NCBI RefSeq assembly: GCF_009914755.1
Contig: NC_060936.1
Direction: 5' to 3' (one strand)
DNA: 64,000 nt
Origin: the human T2T-CHM13v2.0 reference genome, Homo sapiens
Below the pieces are notes generated by a model. It did not search any database. It saw only the letters and a list, made by a program, of their open reading frames with translations, and was not told the origin of the DNA. The translations under genes were made by a program, and so were the position numbers. Below, piece after piece: positions 24,936-37,660 of the stretch. Position 1 is the stretch's first letter, and every line of letters starts with the position of its first letter.

Positions 24936-26545
24936 TTTCTGAATAATTTTAAATTTAAAGAGAAGTTGCAAAGATAGTATAGAATGTTCCCTTATACCTG
25001 TTTTTATTTAGAGTGATGTTCCCAGGAGAAATGATAATGCAGCAATGGACAAGAACAGGAACAAGAGACAGTCTTACCATCTTCTTACAATTTATAGATG
25101 GGACAGTGGAAAGAGAAGCCACATCGGGGTTGGGCATGCAGAGACCTGGTCCTAAATCTGTGTGACTTTTGCGAAATCCTTTTGCCTCACAGAGCTCTAG
25201 GTTCTTATCTGTCAAACAGGAACCAGACCATCAGATCCGTAGAGATCCAACCAATGAAGGAGACTTCGAAAACTTCACATTGCCGTGTCAATGTGAGGTT
25301 GCTGGATGGTTATGACAAGAAATCACATTAAATTCACTGGGGTAACATTGTTCATGAAACGGGATAATGTGTTTCAGCGATGAACCACCCATGGCCTTAC
25401 TACAGACATATTTCCACTTTGAAAATGTGTGTGAGTGTACATGTCTGTGTGTGAGGCAGAGATTAGAAAGTGTAAATGTGTGCGTTTTCATTTTACACAT
25501 CTTACATTTTCCTTTAATTTGTTTGAAAGCCTGTTTTGTTTGTGGCTTCCATTCCTGGAAGTCCCATGAGTTGTTAGTGGTGAAGATGGAACAGATGTGT
25601 CCAACCCGGGGGACTCCTGCCCTCAGGGACTGAGCAGCTGCAAACCTCTCTCTCATCTGATTCCACTGTTTCTTCCACATGTACACATCATGAGAAATAT
25701 TGTTCAATCAATATCTTCCCTTAAATCAACTCATATGCTTATTTACATGAATTTACCTAAAACAGAAACTTGATATCACTTCTGTAAATGAAAAAATTAA
25801 ACTTTCTGGCTTTAAATAAAGCATAACAATAATAATCATGTCAAAATTACCTCTCCAGTGTTATGAAGTTCAAGTTAGGGGTGAAGATTCCTGAAGGCCC
25901 TGGTCCTAGGTCATAGTTGTTCCTGATTAAAGGGGAGACGGACAAGTGTTCAAAAGGGTCAAAGACATAGTCCCCTCAATTGAGACTTCCTTCTGAAATT
26001 AATCAGAAAGTTTAAAAGAGAGTTCTTCCTCATTTTGTTAATTACTTTCACATATTAATATATATTAACATTTTATATGGTAATATGTTTTTGACATTCC
26101 CCTCTAAAATGTTCTCATGGGCTGGCAGTGGTTTCTTATATTATGGGAGCCCTACTCTTTACTGAATTTTGTCCTTCTGTCATAGGGTAAAACTTTTTCG
26201 TCTCTACAGAACTCTCTCCAAGTGCACACCCATAGATTGGTTTGCTTGTGGAATCCTAGCATATCAGAAATGAAGGAATCTCAGAAATTGTTTTCATCAA
26301 ACACCTCATATGCAGAAGGCAAAATGAAGGTTCAGAGCAGAAATGATTTGTCCAAGGATGCAACACTCATCTGCAGCAGAGGGAAGCTGAGCTCTGCAGA
26401 CCCACCTAGCACTGCAGAGGCAGCCCTCTAGGACAAGGCTTCATAAAAAAGTGACTTTATGAGTTGGCTCCATAAAAAAGATACAGATTAAGAAATTGTT
26501 TAAACAGTGATCTCTATATAATTACTCTTTTATTTAAAAGTATGG

Positions 26546-26927
<382 letters not shown>

Positions 26928-27308
26928 TCATAAACCATAACCTTCCTAACGGGCCATCTGCAATATCCAGTTGTGTTTTCTCGAATGTGGGGAAATGACT
27001 TAAAGACACTTCAGAATCAATTGGAGGAAGGGACCGTTCCAGAGCTTAATTTTCCGTTGTGTTTTAGAGTTCTGTTGTCCACACCTAATTTGTCAGAAAT
27101 GGTTTTAGTCATGTTGTTTTGTAGAATCTTTCCACAGCATTTATGCTCCTTTTCATAGAAGCGGCTCAATCTGCTCACGGATTTATATAGTATAGATTAA
27201 AGGAGGGCAGTGTAATAATGCCATAACAGAGGCTGGTACTAAGCTTAAAGCACCCCTGATGGGAGCAGAAATGCCCTGGCAGCTGGAGAGAGAGCCAGCA
27301 CCTAGAGC

Positions 27309-27327
27309 GAGCGCCCCCTGCTGGCCA
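27309..27327 (-). promoter_or_regulatory. CTCF binding motif
   Basis: Reverse complement TGGCCAGCAGGGGGCGCTC is a near-consensus CTCF core with its CpG retained. Confidence 0.75.
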
Positions 27328-29268
27328 TGGAGGGGAATGGAGGGTGTGGGATCCCCTGCAAGCAGGTTAAGTGGAGGTTGTTTCAAAAGCTTCTTCTCTA
27401 ATCTTTCTGGATACTACAGATGATTTACATGAAACTCAGTGTGATGCTTTAATAGACCAATGAGATCAAGTTAACAAATAGATCCTAGAAATTATACTAT
27501 TTTTAATGTTTGTGAAGTACCTGCTCAGCCAGGTGTTGATGGAGGACAGAGGATTAAGAGGAAGCCTTGAGTTACAGGGACCGAAGCAGCTGCTGTGTGG
27601 ATTCAGATCTGGGCGATACCGCCCCAAGGCTCGTTCTTCCAGCATTTCTATCATTCTCTCTCTCTGTCTTATAGGCAAATGAGATGATGTTTCCGGGTCA
27701 ATACATGACGGGATTAACTGGGATAGAGAAACATGGTTTTAGGATGTGAGTCTCCAAAATTTCTATGGTTCAAATGTGGGATCTCACATGATGGTCTTGG
27801 GCAAAGAGAATATCATTGATTCTCAAGATTTAAACACAGGAGAGCCTCTCACTCCTCCCAAAGCTACGAAGGGGATGGAGATGGCCCAGGGACATTCGAA
27901 TCGGAACTCAAGATCAGTATTGGAGACCCCACCCTGTGACATAGACATCATGGACAAGTTCCTTGAATGTTGGAGCTTTATTTTCCTATTTGATAAAATG
28001 AGAATTATAGCTTCTGTGGAGGGCACGGGGGTGGTCTCTGAGGATCACAGGAGATAATGCACATCGAAATGCTTTGAAAAGCATCAAGTACTGAAAAATG
28101 TCCAGCTTAGCTATTAGTAACAGTGACTGTGTTGGGAGTCTGGGCTTTCTCCTGTCCAGCTAGAAACACTTTTATTGTGCTATTTTTAGTGTTACACCTG
28201 CACATGCTTGTTTGAGCAGGTATTAATGGTATAAAGATGCCAGGCTCAGGCCCACAGTGGGCCAGTTGTTCTATAATTTGTTCTATAATAGCATAACTTG
28301 ACAACAGCTAAATGCCATAAAATGAATTGAGGATGGGGTGTGGGGGTGAAGACACTGCCTAACTCCTCCCCACTGTTGGGGAATGATATCCAGCCTGTCA
28401 CCCACTGATGGCAGGTTATGTAGGAGAAGCAGATCTATTAAAATAGAAGCACAGCTGCATGCCATGATTACTTCTCTAAAGTTATTGTCTAGCTCTGCAC
28501 TTGATCCTCCTCTGATAATACTCAAGAAATAGAACACCAAAGTTTGCTTGTTTTAAATCTGGTAATTAACGTCTGTTTTGCTTACACTAATGGTTTCTCG
28601 CGGGAAGGATGCGTGCATTATTAAATGTTGCTTAAGGAAAAGAAAACGTTTTGTGTTGGTTAACAATTTTTGACTACAAATAATAGAAAACGATACCAAA
28701 GCTGGCTTAAGTAAAAAAGTAATTTAATGCTTTCTATAAATAATAAGCCAGGGGTAGCATGGCCAATTTATCCAGTAGTCTCAATAGACACCATGCCTGA
28801 GGCCCACTGTACTATTAAAGGGTTCATGAAAATATTTTAATTTTAATTTATTTTAAAATTAGAAGAAAAATCACTATAACAATATTTTAATAGAGTAGGA
28901 ATCCACAAAGCAAAAGCTTCTGAAGCACCCAAAGTCATAACATAGCCCTGAGGTGTAGGCCTGCCTTCAGCCTTCATTTGCTATCAAGAACACACCAAAC
29001 TCCTTTGACTTCCCCCTGCTCTCTCTTCTTTTTTATGCCATGCTGTTGACATTCAAAAATAGGCTTTTCCTTTGCCTCCTACCATCATTTACTCTGTTCA
29101 CCCCACTCTAGCTCCCTACTCTCCTATTTCCCCATACTCCAAGGCTGTGTCTGCAGCAGGATCTCTGCCCTGGGTCTTCTCTCTGTCTGAAGTACGTTTC
29201 TTTCAGGTAACTTTCTCATTTTACTTGCTCCAGGAGTATTCTTGGCTTCTCAGAGAGACTTTCTTTTA

Positions 29269-29601
<333 letters not shown>

Positions 29602-30147
29602 GATAATGGATGAATCAGTGAAAGACAGATGCACCAGCCCAGACTTCAAAACCTCTGGATGTCAGCTTCCACGCAAAAGGGTGAGAATCTCATCTGTAGA
29701 TGACCCAAGGGAGTCTCCCCAGCGCTCCTTAGCTCTCCCCAGTCAGTGCTCCTTAGCTCTCCCTGGCTCTCCCTTAGCTCTCCACGCCCAAGCCTGAGCC
29801 AGTCACTGTGGAGAGAGGCAGGAACACACTGCTTGGCTTAGCTGTTATCGTCTAAGTTTCCTCTGTTAGCAGAGGTTGGGTTCCACACGGGCAGAACTGA
29901 GAGTCGGAGAGGGATGGTTCTTCAGCGGGAAAGAAGATACAGTTACCAGAAAGGCAATCAGAGTGAATTTACCTGCAGAGCAAAGATAATGCCTGTTTCT
30001 TAATTTCCCACTCTAGAATTTTCTTTTGATTAGTTTTGTGCATCTATATTGCTTCACATCTTGATTCTGGTAGTTGTTCATATTTATCACAAATTAGACC
30101 ATTGAACATTTTAATATTTTTTTCCTTAAAGTGAATTAGTAGCATTT

Positions 30148-30603
30148 GTTGTTTTTTCTTCAACTTTTATTTTACATTCTGGGGTACATGTGCAGGATGT
30201 GCAGGTTTGTTACATAGGTAAACGTGCGCCATGGTGGTTTGCTACACAGATAAACCCATCACCGAGGTATGAAGCCCAGAATCTATTAGCTATTCTTCCT
30301 GATCCTCTCTCTCCCCCGCCACCCTGCGACAGGCCCCAGTGTGTGTTGTTCCCCTCGATGTGTCTAGGTGTTCTCATCGTTCAGCTCCCACTTATAAGTG
30401 AGAACATGCAGTGCTTAGTTTTATGTTCCTGCATTAGTTTGCTGAGGATGATGGCTTTCAGCTCCACCAACGTTCCTGCAAAGGACAAGATCTCTTTCCT
30501 TTTTATGGCTGCATAGTATTCCATGGTGTATTTGTACCACGTTTTCTTTATCCAGCCTATCATTGATGGGCATTTGGTTTGATTCTTTGCGATTGTGAAT
30601 AAT
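30148..30603 (-). mobile_element. L1PA (older primate subfamily) 3' end
   Basis: GGGGTACATGTGCAGGATGTGCAGGTTTGTTACATAGGTAAACGTG...CCCACTTATAAGTGAGAACATGC; AGTAGCAT on both flanks. Confidence 0.92.
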
Positions 30604-31281
30604 GAGTAGCATCTATTTTAATTTTGAAAATTAAAACAGTTTTATAAGTAAAGGAGACTATACAGACACATAAAAAGAATAATGTTTTGACATGTTTTGG
30701 AGAGAATTAGTTTTAATGAAAATGAGAATGTGAGAAACCCCAGGAATTGATTTCACCTTGCAACTGAAGAGACTATGTTATCATAATAAGGAAGATTGTG
30801 TTGTCACAGCATTTTGTTGAGATCACTACTGGATTTTCTGAAGCACTTTGAGATAGAAGAATGTCTCCCCAGGGGTATCTGCAGAGTCTAAACTTATCAA
30901 AAGACTGACAGATGAAATATCCAGGGAGCTTGTACAAATCAATGAGCAGAAGATGAACCCCTCAGCATATATGTGTGAGAATGCTTACTGCAGTGTTGTA
31001 TCTTGGAGATGTGTGCTTCAATGCAACCTGGGTACCCACCAATGGGAGAGTGGAGTGGTTAAAAAGTGTTATTGGAAAACTGTCCAGCATTGTGCCATAC
31101 TTAGGAACAAAAGAGTGGATTTAAAAATAGAAACAGAGGTAGGTGTTTTTAAAAAGGTATTGTCCTGAATTAAGAAAGAGGCAGAATGAGTATATTATTT
31201 ACCCCAAATAGCAATATATATTGTGACAGAACACATAAATATCTTCATGACCGTAACAAAATACATGTGAATTTTATGTAA

Positions 31282-31650
<369 letters not shown>

Positions 31651-32644
31651 TAACTACTAGGCAAGCCACTTGAAATCATTAATATTTGATTGCTTTTTTA
31701 TCTTACAAAAGTGGTAATTTTACATAGTTCAACATAATGAGTGAACAAAAAAGGATTCTTTCACAGACCAATAATAATAACATGCCCTGAAAGATAAATG
31801 AGGTGAGGTTGACCCTTTGCACCTGTGTTGCAATAAACAAAACTAAACTGCAGATTCTTCTGTAAAAAAATATGCTTCCCAGACGTGGTTTCATCTTGCA
31901 ATTCGATTCCGCTGAATAAATGGACTTGGTTTCATTTTGCAATTTTATTCCACTGCTTCTAAATGTTGTTATAGAATGATCCAAGTAACAGAAGGTCCTG
32001 CCCGCTAACAGAGAGAGCCACCCTGTCTGGAAAATGCCATCTGAAAAAAAATGACTAAGTTATTTTCTCTTGGTGACTTCAAACCCACCAAGTTGAATAC
32101 AGAAAGGTAGAGATGGTTATAAGAATAATGCTCTATTCCAGCAATTGATTGATTGCAGTGGCATTTATTCATTTTGCTTTTTAAGAGAAAAGCAGTTTTC
32201 TTCTGCTTTTATTAGTGTGCTTACAGATGTGGAAGGGAACCAAAGGAAGACAAATGAAGCATGAAGCTTTCTGTTGCTCCATGGATCTGTCTCTCTTCAG
32301 TGTCTCCTCACCGCCATCTAAGCAGTCATAGGGACCTCTCATTTCATAGAGGTCTTGAAACAGGACAAAAGTGCCTAGATAAGTCATGTGGGGTATGTGT
32401 CCTATCTGTTAAGGAACAGTGATTAGGAAGCGGGAAGACATAGAAGAAAGGATACAGGGACATAGTAGGAGCCCCTGGTCTGAGTCCTTATATGTAAGTA
32501 GCTTTACGCATGTGATTTTGGCAACTTTCTTCCCATTTAGACCTTAGTTTTATTGTGTAAAAATTAGTTGGTTGGAGTGAATGAAACCCCAAATCTATAC
32601 TATGCTAAAGCTTTCTGTGTTTATTTGACAAGTTAAGGAGGGTT

Positions 32645-32960
32645 TTGTCTTGTTTTGTTTTAGTTTTTGTTTTATTTTTTGAAGAGCGTGGGTCTCGCTT
32701 TGTCTCTCAGGCAGGAGTGCAGTGGTGTGATCATAGCTCACTGCAGCCTCAAACTCCTGGGTTCAAGTGATCCTTACATCTCAGCCTCACAAGAAAATGG
32801 GATTACAGGTGCATACCATCATGCCCAGTCAATTTTTTTTTTTTTGTAGAGATGGGGTCACATTATGTTACCCAGGATGGTCTTGAACTCCTGGCCTCAA
32901 GTGATTCTTCCCGCCTCAGCCTCCCAAAATGTTTGTATTACAGGCATGAGCCACGCACTC
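32645..32960 (-). mobile_element. AluJ
   Basis: GATCATAGCTCACTGCAGCCTCAAACTCCTGGGTTCAAGTGATCC. Confidence 0.9.
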
Positions 32961-33499
32961 AGATCTTTTCTATGTCTGTAAGTATAATGAATGCAAAGAA
33001 GATCATTGAAGAGAAGTGACTGATGGATCATAGCTTGAGAGGCTCCTAACCACTCCCTGGATCCAACTGCCTTTACACGGCCCAAGGTCCCATCTCTCAA
33101 TTACTGGAGCCAGTGGCAGCCTCCCAGATTGTATTTCTTCATCTGTGAAATGGGATTTTCAACCATATTTATCTCATGTGTTTTCACTTGGTACAGTGTC
33201 TGATATTCTATAAACTCCCAAAACAATAGCTATGTTCATGTTGAAAATATTTTCCCTCCAGTAAACATAGTTTAAAATCGCATTCCTTTAGCCACTGTTA
33301 AGTTGAGGCATCTTCTACAAACATTCTGTTTTCCATTTACATTTTGACTTTAGTAAATTGTCTCTTTATATTCATTACACATTTTTTTCCTATTTGGTTG
33401 TTTAGTTTTTCGTATGATTTAGTATATTACGATGTTAAGCTTTGTTTTTCCTAGTGCATGTGTAAAAGACTAACATGGACTGCAAGTGATGTGTAAAGA

Positions 33500-33932
33500 T
33501 TATCATCAAGAAGTGCAGTGTAATTTTCTATCCTTGTGATGTAAGCTTGCCTCAAGGTGTGCTTTGGCCAATGGAATATGGCAGAAGAGTCATTGGACCA
33601 CTTCTGGGCGTAGGCTTCAAGAACCCTTGCCACTTCAGTTTGTTCCCTGTTAGAATGTCTAAACCCTGAGGAGGTGGGGGAAGAGGCGGGGGAAACCCTG
33701 TATTTACGCTCTAGAGGTTGAGAAGCCACATGGAGAGAGAGACCTGGCCAGCATCAACTTCACAACAGAGCTACCGGATGACTACAACCATATGAGTGAC
33801 CCAAGCTAATCCAGGTAGAAGAACCAGTATGCCAAGCACAGCTCAAAGTGTAACTCCAGATTCAGAGCAAATAAAATGGCTATCACAGCCACTATGTTTT
33901 TGGGTATTGGATATGCAGCAATAGATGACTGA
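33500..33932 (+). mobile_element. MLT1 (H/G-like) MaLR LTR remnant
   Basis: GCTTTGGCCAATGGAATATGGCAGAAG...GCCACTATGTTTT...ATGCAGCAATAGATGACTGA. Confidence 0.7.
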
Positions 33933-34884
33933 TCACACACACACACAAACACACACACACAAACTTGAAATCCTTCTGTGCGTACACATTGAGCATTATC
34001 ACAGGACGGGGAGATTATTACTGAGATTTTGGGGGACAAAAATTTTAACCTCTATTTTGTATATTTTCTTATTGCTTGAGTTTTTACAATAAGCAAGCAT
34101 AATTTTTTACACAGAAAACAGTTTTTTTTTTTTTTTTTTTTTAAAGATAATAGTCTGGCTCTGTCAATTGGTAACATGTCTTCTTCAGGACAGTGATTTT
34201 TGTTACTCTGATATTTTTTTTAATCTCAAAATGTTATCTATGCTATGAGCTTCCAAAATCTGATTTGAGGGTTTTTGAAATACAAGAATTTACATTTGAT
34301 CATCTGCATTTTGGCTGGATCCTTCTTGACTTGAGCAGAGGATGTCATGGTCTAGTTTTAATACATGTAAAAGGGAAATTTTAAGAATGAAAAGCTCAGT
34401 GATTAATTTAGGAAAATGTTCCACCTTATGTACAATATATTATAATTGATGAAAGGGATTATACTGTCAACACAGTTTTGAGCTTGCTGTTTTCACTTCA
34501 AAATATTTTTAGACATCTTTCCATGTTGACACAAACATTCTACCACATCAATTCTATATAGATTCTATAATCTATATAATGTAGCATTGTATAACCGTGC
34601 CACAACCTATCAACCAGTTTCTTGTTGATGCACATTAGGGTTTGCAGGTAGTATTTCTGAAAGCAAACAATGCTTCAGTGAACATCATTGCACACATATT
34701 TTGCATTTTTGCAATAGGTCCTTAAGGTCCTTCTGCCAGGGCAGAAGTTGAATGTCTATATTGCCATATTGTTTTTAGGTTTTTCTCCGATGGACAGGAC
34801 CTGTGTTTCTCAGTCCCCTGTGAAATTTGGTAGGGGTTGCAGGAGACAAATGTGTAAAGGGAATACAGAATGCAACCAGAGACC

Positions 34885-35420
34885 CATGAATACCAGGTGT
34901 GCTGGTTATTCTCTGTTTCCACCCCATCCACTTGTAACTCCTGTTCACCACACCTTGTGCCCAGGAACTGACTCCTCCAGACCTCATCACCCAGCTCCTC
35001 TACCAGCCGTGATAAAGGACTGTGGTCAGTGTTGGTCAGTGGGAGGCACCAGCAGGGGTTTGGAAGGTAGAAAGAAAAAGACTGGAGGGTTTCTTTCCAC
35101 TTGTTTTCTGCTTTGGCAACATGGTTCTGGCAACGGCGGCATCCATTCAGAGCCACAGCCCCTCTCACATAGCCCCTCTGCCATGGAAGTAGCTTTCGAG
35201 GGGCTCCAGCAACACTATATCCTCCTCTTGGTCCTTCAGATCCAAGGATGATAACAGCTTTCTGATGATACCAGTTTCTGGGTTCCTCAACACCCTTCTT
35301 ACTCTTCTTAACCCTGTAAATATTCCCTTCAAACCCACGAATACTTTCTTTATGAAATTTTATCCCATAAACCCATTGGAGAGGAATCTTATTTCCTGCT
35401 AGGGCCACTATTGATTCACC
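34885..35420 (+). mobile_element. LTR33-like ERVL LTR
   Basis: GGTCAGTGGGAGGCACCAGCAGG...TTTCCTGCTAGGGCC. Confidence 0.65.
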
Positions 35421-36242
35421 CTTCTTGAGTGCTTGAATTTAATTCTGTGGGCAATAGGCACAAATAAGGAAAGCCTGGATTTGGTCATCACTACTTTGCC
35501 CTACCTCCCTGCGGTAGCCGTTGGGAGAATGGATAGAGCAACTCCTACAATATCACATATACTGAGGCTTTGGAACATTTTAAATTATGTTGGATCTGGA
35601 AGAACATGAGTATTCCTTCAGTGGCAGTTCATGAATAGGTCAGGGTCTTTTAGTAGAAAGGCCTTTTATTCATTTAATACTTCAGTACAGTTGCTTCGAG
35701 GAATTTCTATGAACATTCAATGTGCAATATTGTTGAAAGGTTGTTAAGGGAGTTTAATTCATTGAGATTTATTTAAGTTGCAACAGAACCTGGCATCCCA
35801 TATCCTCCTGAATTATATTACCTTCTCTACTACAAATTTCTCACTGGGTTGAGCAGCAGCAAATGGCCAACCTTTAGCTCCAATTTTTAAAGCAGAAATA
35901 GTTGGAAAATGGACCCTGAGACTATGTTGGTTTGATTTAGCAAACACATAGAACTGGGTAGAAGAGAATGAGATTTGTTGTTAGTAATTTAGCCATTTCA
36001 GGCAATCGTTGTGAGATGTCAACTTCCTAGAAGGATTAAGTGTTCCAGGAAATAAGTACTAAACTTCAGGAAAATAGACTAACCTCGATTTTGAAGGTAA
36101 TTTGCACTTTTCTACTGCACCTTTTGCTTATTCCTTGAAGTATAGTTAAATATAGGTTGAAATTATAAGGCAAATCAAAAGGCTGGTGTACAGAGAAACA
36201 TGGAGACTCTGCCTCATTAAGAATGCTGGGCTGTCATTTGGT

Positions 36243-36718
36243 AGTATTAATTTCCAATTGCTGCTATAACAAATTATCAAAATTTTAGTGGCTTAAAACA
36301 CTAGAAATGCATTATCTTACAATTCTGGAGGTCAGGGGCTTACATTAGATTTTGATAAACTGAAGTCTAGGTGTTGGCTGCATTCCTAATGGACGCTTCA
36401 GGGAAGAATGCTTTCTTTATCCAGTTTCCAGAAGCTGCCCATGTGCTCTGTTCTGTGACTCCTTTCTCCATCATCAAAGGCAGCAGCATGGCATCTCAAT
36501 TTCCCTCTGACTTTCATCCCCCTGTCTCACTCTTTCACTTATAAGAACCTTTATGATTATATGGAGCCTGCTAGATTATCCAGAATCTTCTCCCCAGCTC
36601 AAGATCCTTAATGTAATCATGCCTGTAAAGTTACTTTTGATACGGAAGGCAACATATTTACAGGTTCTGTGGATTTGAACACGGACCTCTTTAGGGACCC
36701 ATTATTCTATGTATCGCA
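36243..36718 (-). mobile_element. MLT1 (C/D-like) MaLR LTR
   Basis: TTGCTGCTATAACAAATTATC...TAGTGGCTTAAAACA...TTTCCAGAAGCTGCCC...CAAGATCCTTAA. Confidence 0.8.
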
Positions 36719-37369
36719 TGTAGCATATAACATTTTCCATTGCAAACAACAGAGCTTCAGATTATCCTAGGAAGGGATGTATTGACTCATGAATTGGAAA
36801 GTGCTTCAGTGAGTGAATCTGGAGATACCTGTATGTGGATTTTTATATCTATACTCTATCTGTATCTCTATCCTTCTATCTTGAAATACTAACTGATCAG
36901 AATCAATTTGTTTATCATTCCACGCTTTCTACATTGCATTCAACTCATATGTTTTCAGTGTTCACTACATCTTAGGCTCTTGTGAATTAGATATGGTCAT
37001 TTCCTGAGATACTCACAGCCTAATGGGGAAATGAATCCATCTGTTTTGTGACACACATAAGCAAAGGGAGCATGACAGGGGAGGACTACCTGCAGCAGAT
37101 GGGACATTATTTACAGCAGCTTGCTCTTACGTCCTCCCAAGGTTCTTGATGGACATGTCACTTATAGCACTTGCCACATTCTGTTTCAATAATGAGCTTG
37201 TTTCTCCAGCTTTTCTGTGAGTTCTACAAAGATGGAGAGAGTCAGGCATCTGCTTCTTTGCATTCATAATTCCCAGCACAGTGCCTGGCATGCAGTTAGT
37301 ATCATACATTATTTATCCAATGCAGGTTATCTCATGGGGCTAAGTAGTTGTTGCAGCTGTCCCTGCAGG

Positions 37370-37660
37370 CAATAGGCTGGGACATGCATGAGTGATGGGA
37401 GCCGGAAGGGACTGAAGGCCTCTGCCCCATCCAGAGGGAGGATCAGGGCCTCAGCACAAGGCAATCCTTGCCATGTTGGAATGTGTGCTCAGTGCAGTTG
37501 GATCTTCCTGTAATCTCAGAATATTGGAAAAGTTTTCATGTTGTGTGAAATCTAGGTTTGTTTTCTGTTGGTAACTAATATTCGTGCTTTAAGATACAGA
37601 TAAGGCTGGGAAAAAAAAAAAAAAAACAAAAAAATGCAGCCCGCTCTCTTCCAGTATTTG
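37370..37660 (-). mobile_element. MER102-like hAT remnant
   Basis: TTGCCATG...GGAATGTG...GATCTT...GTGAAATCT...GTTGGTAACTAAT. Confidence 0.5.

Noticed and set aside
34722-35408. Longest ORF in the track (228 aa, minus) and overlapping ORFs
   Set aside because: Lies mostly within an LTR33-like element; no recognisable domain or splice context.
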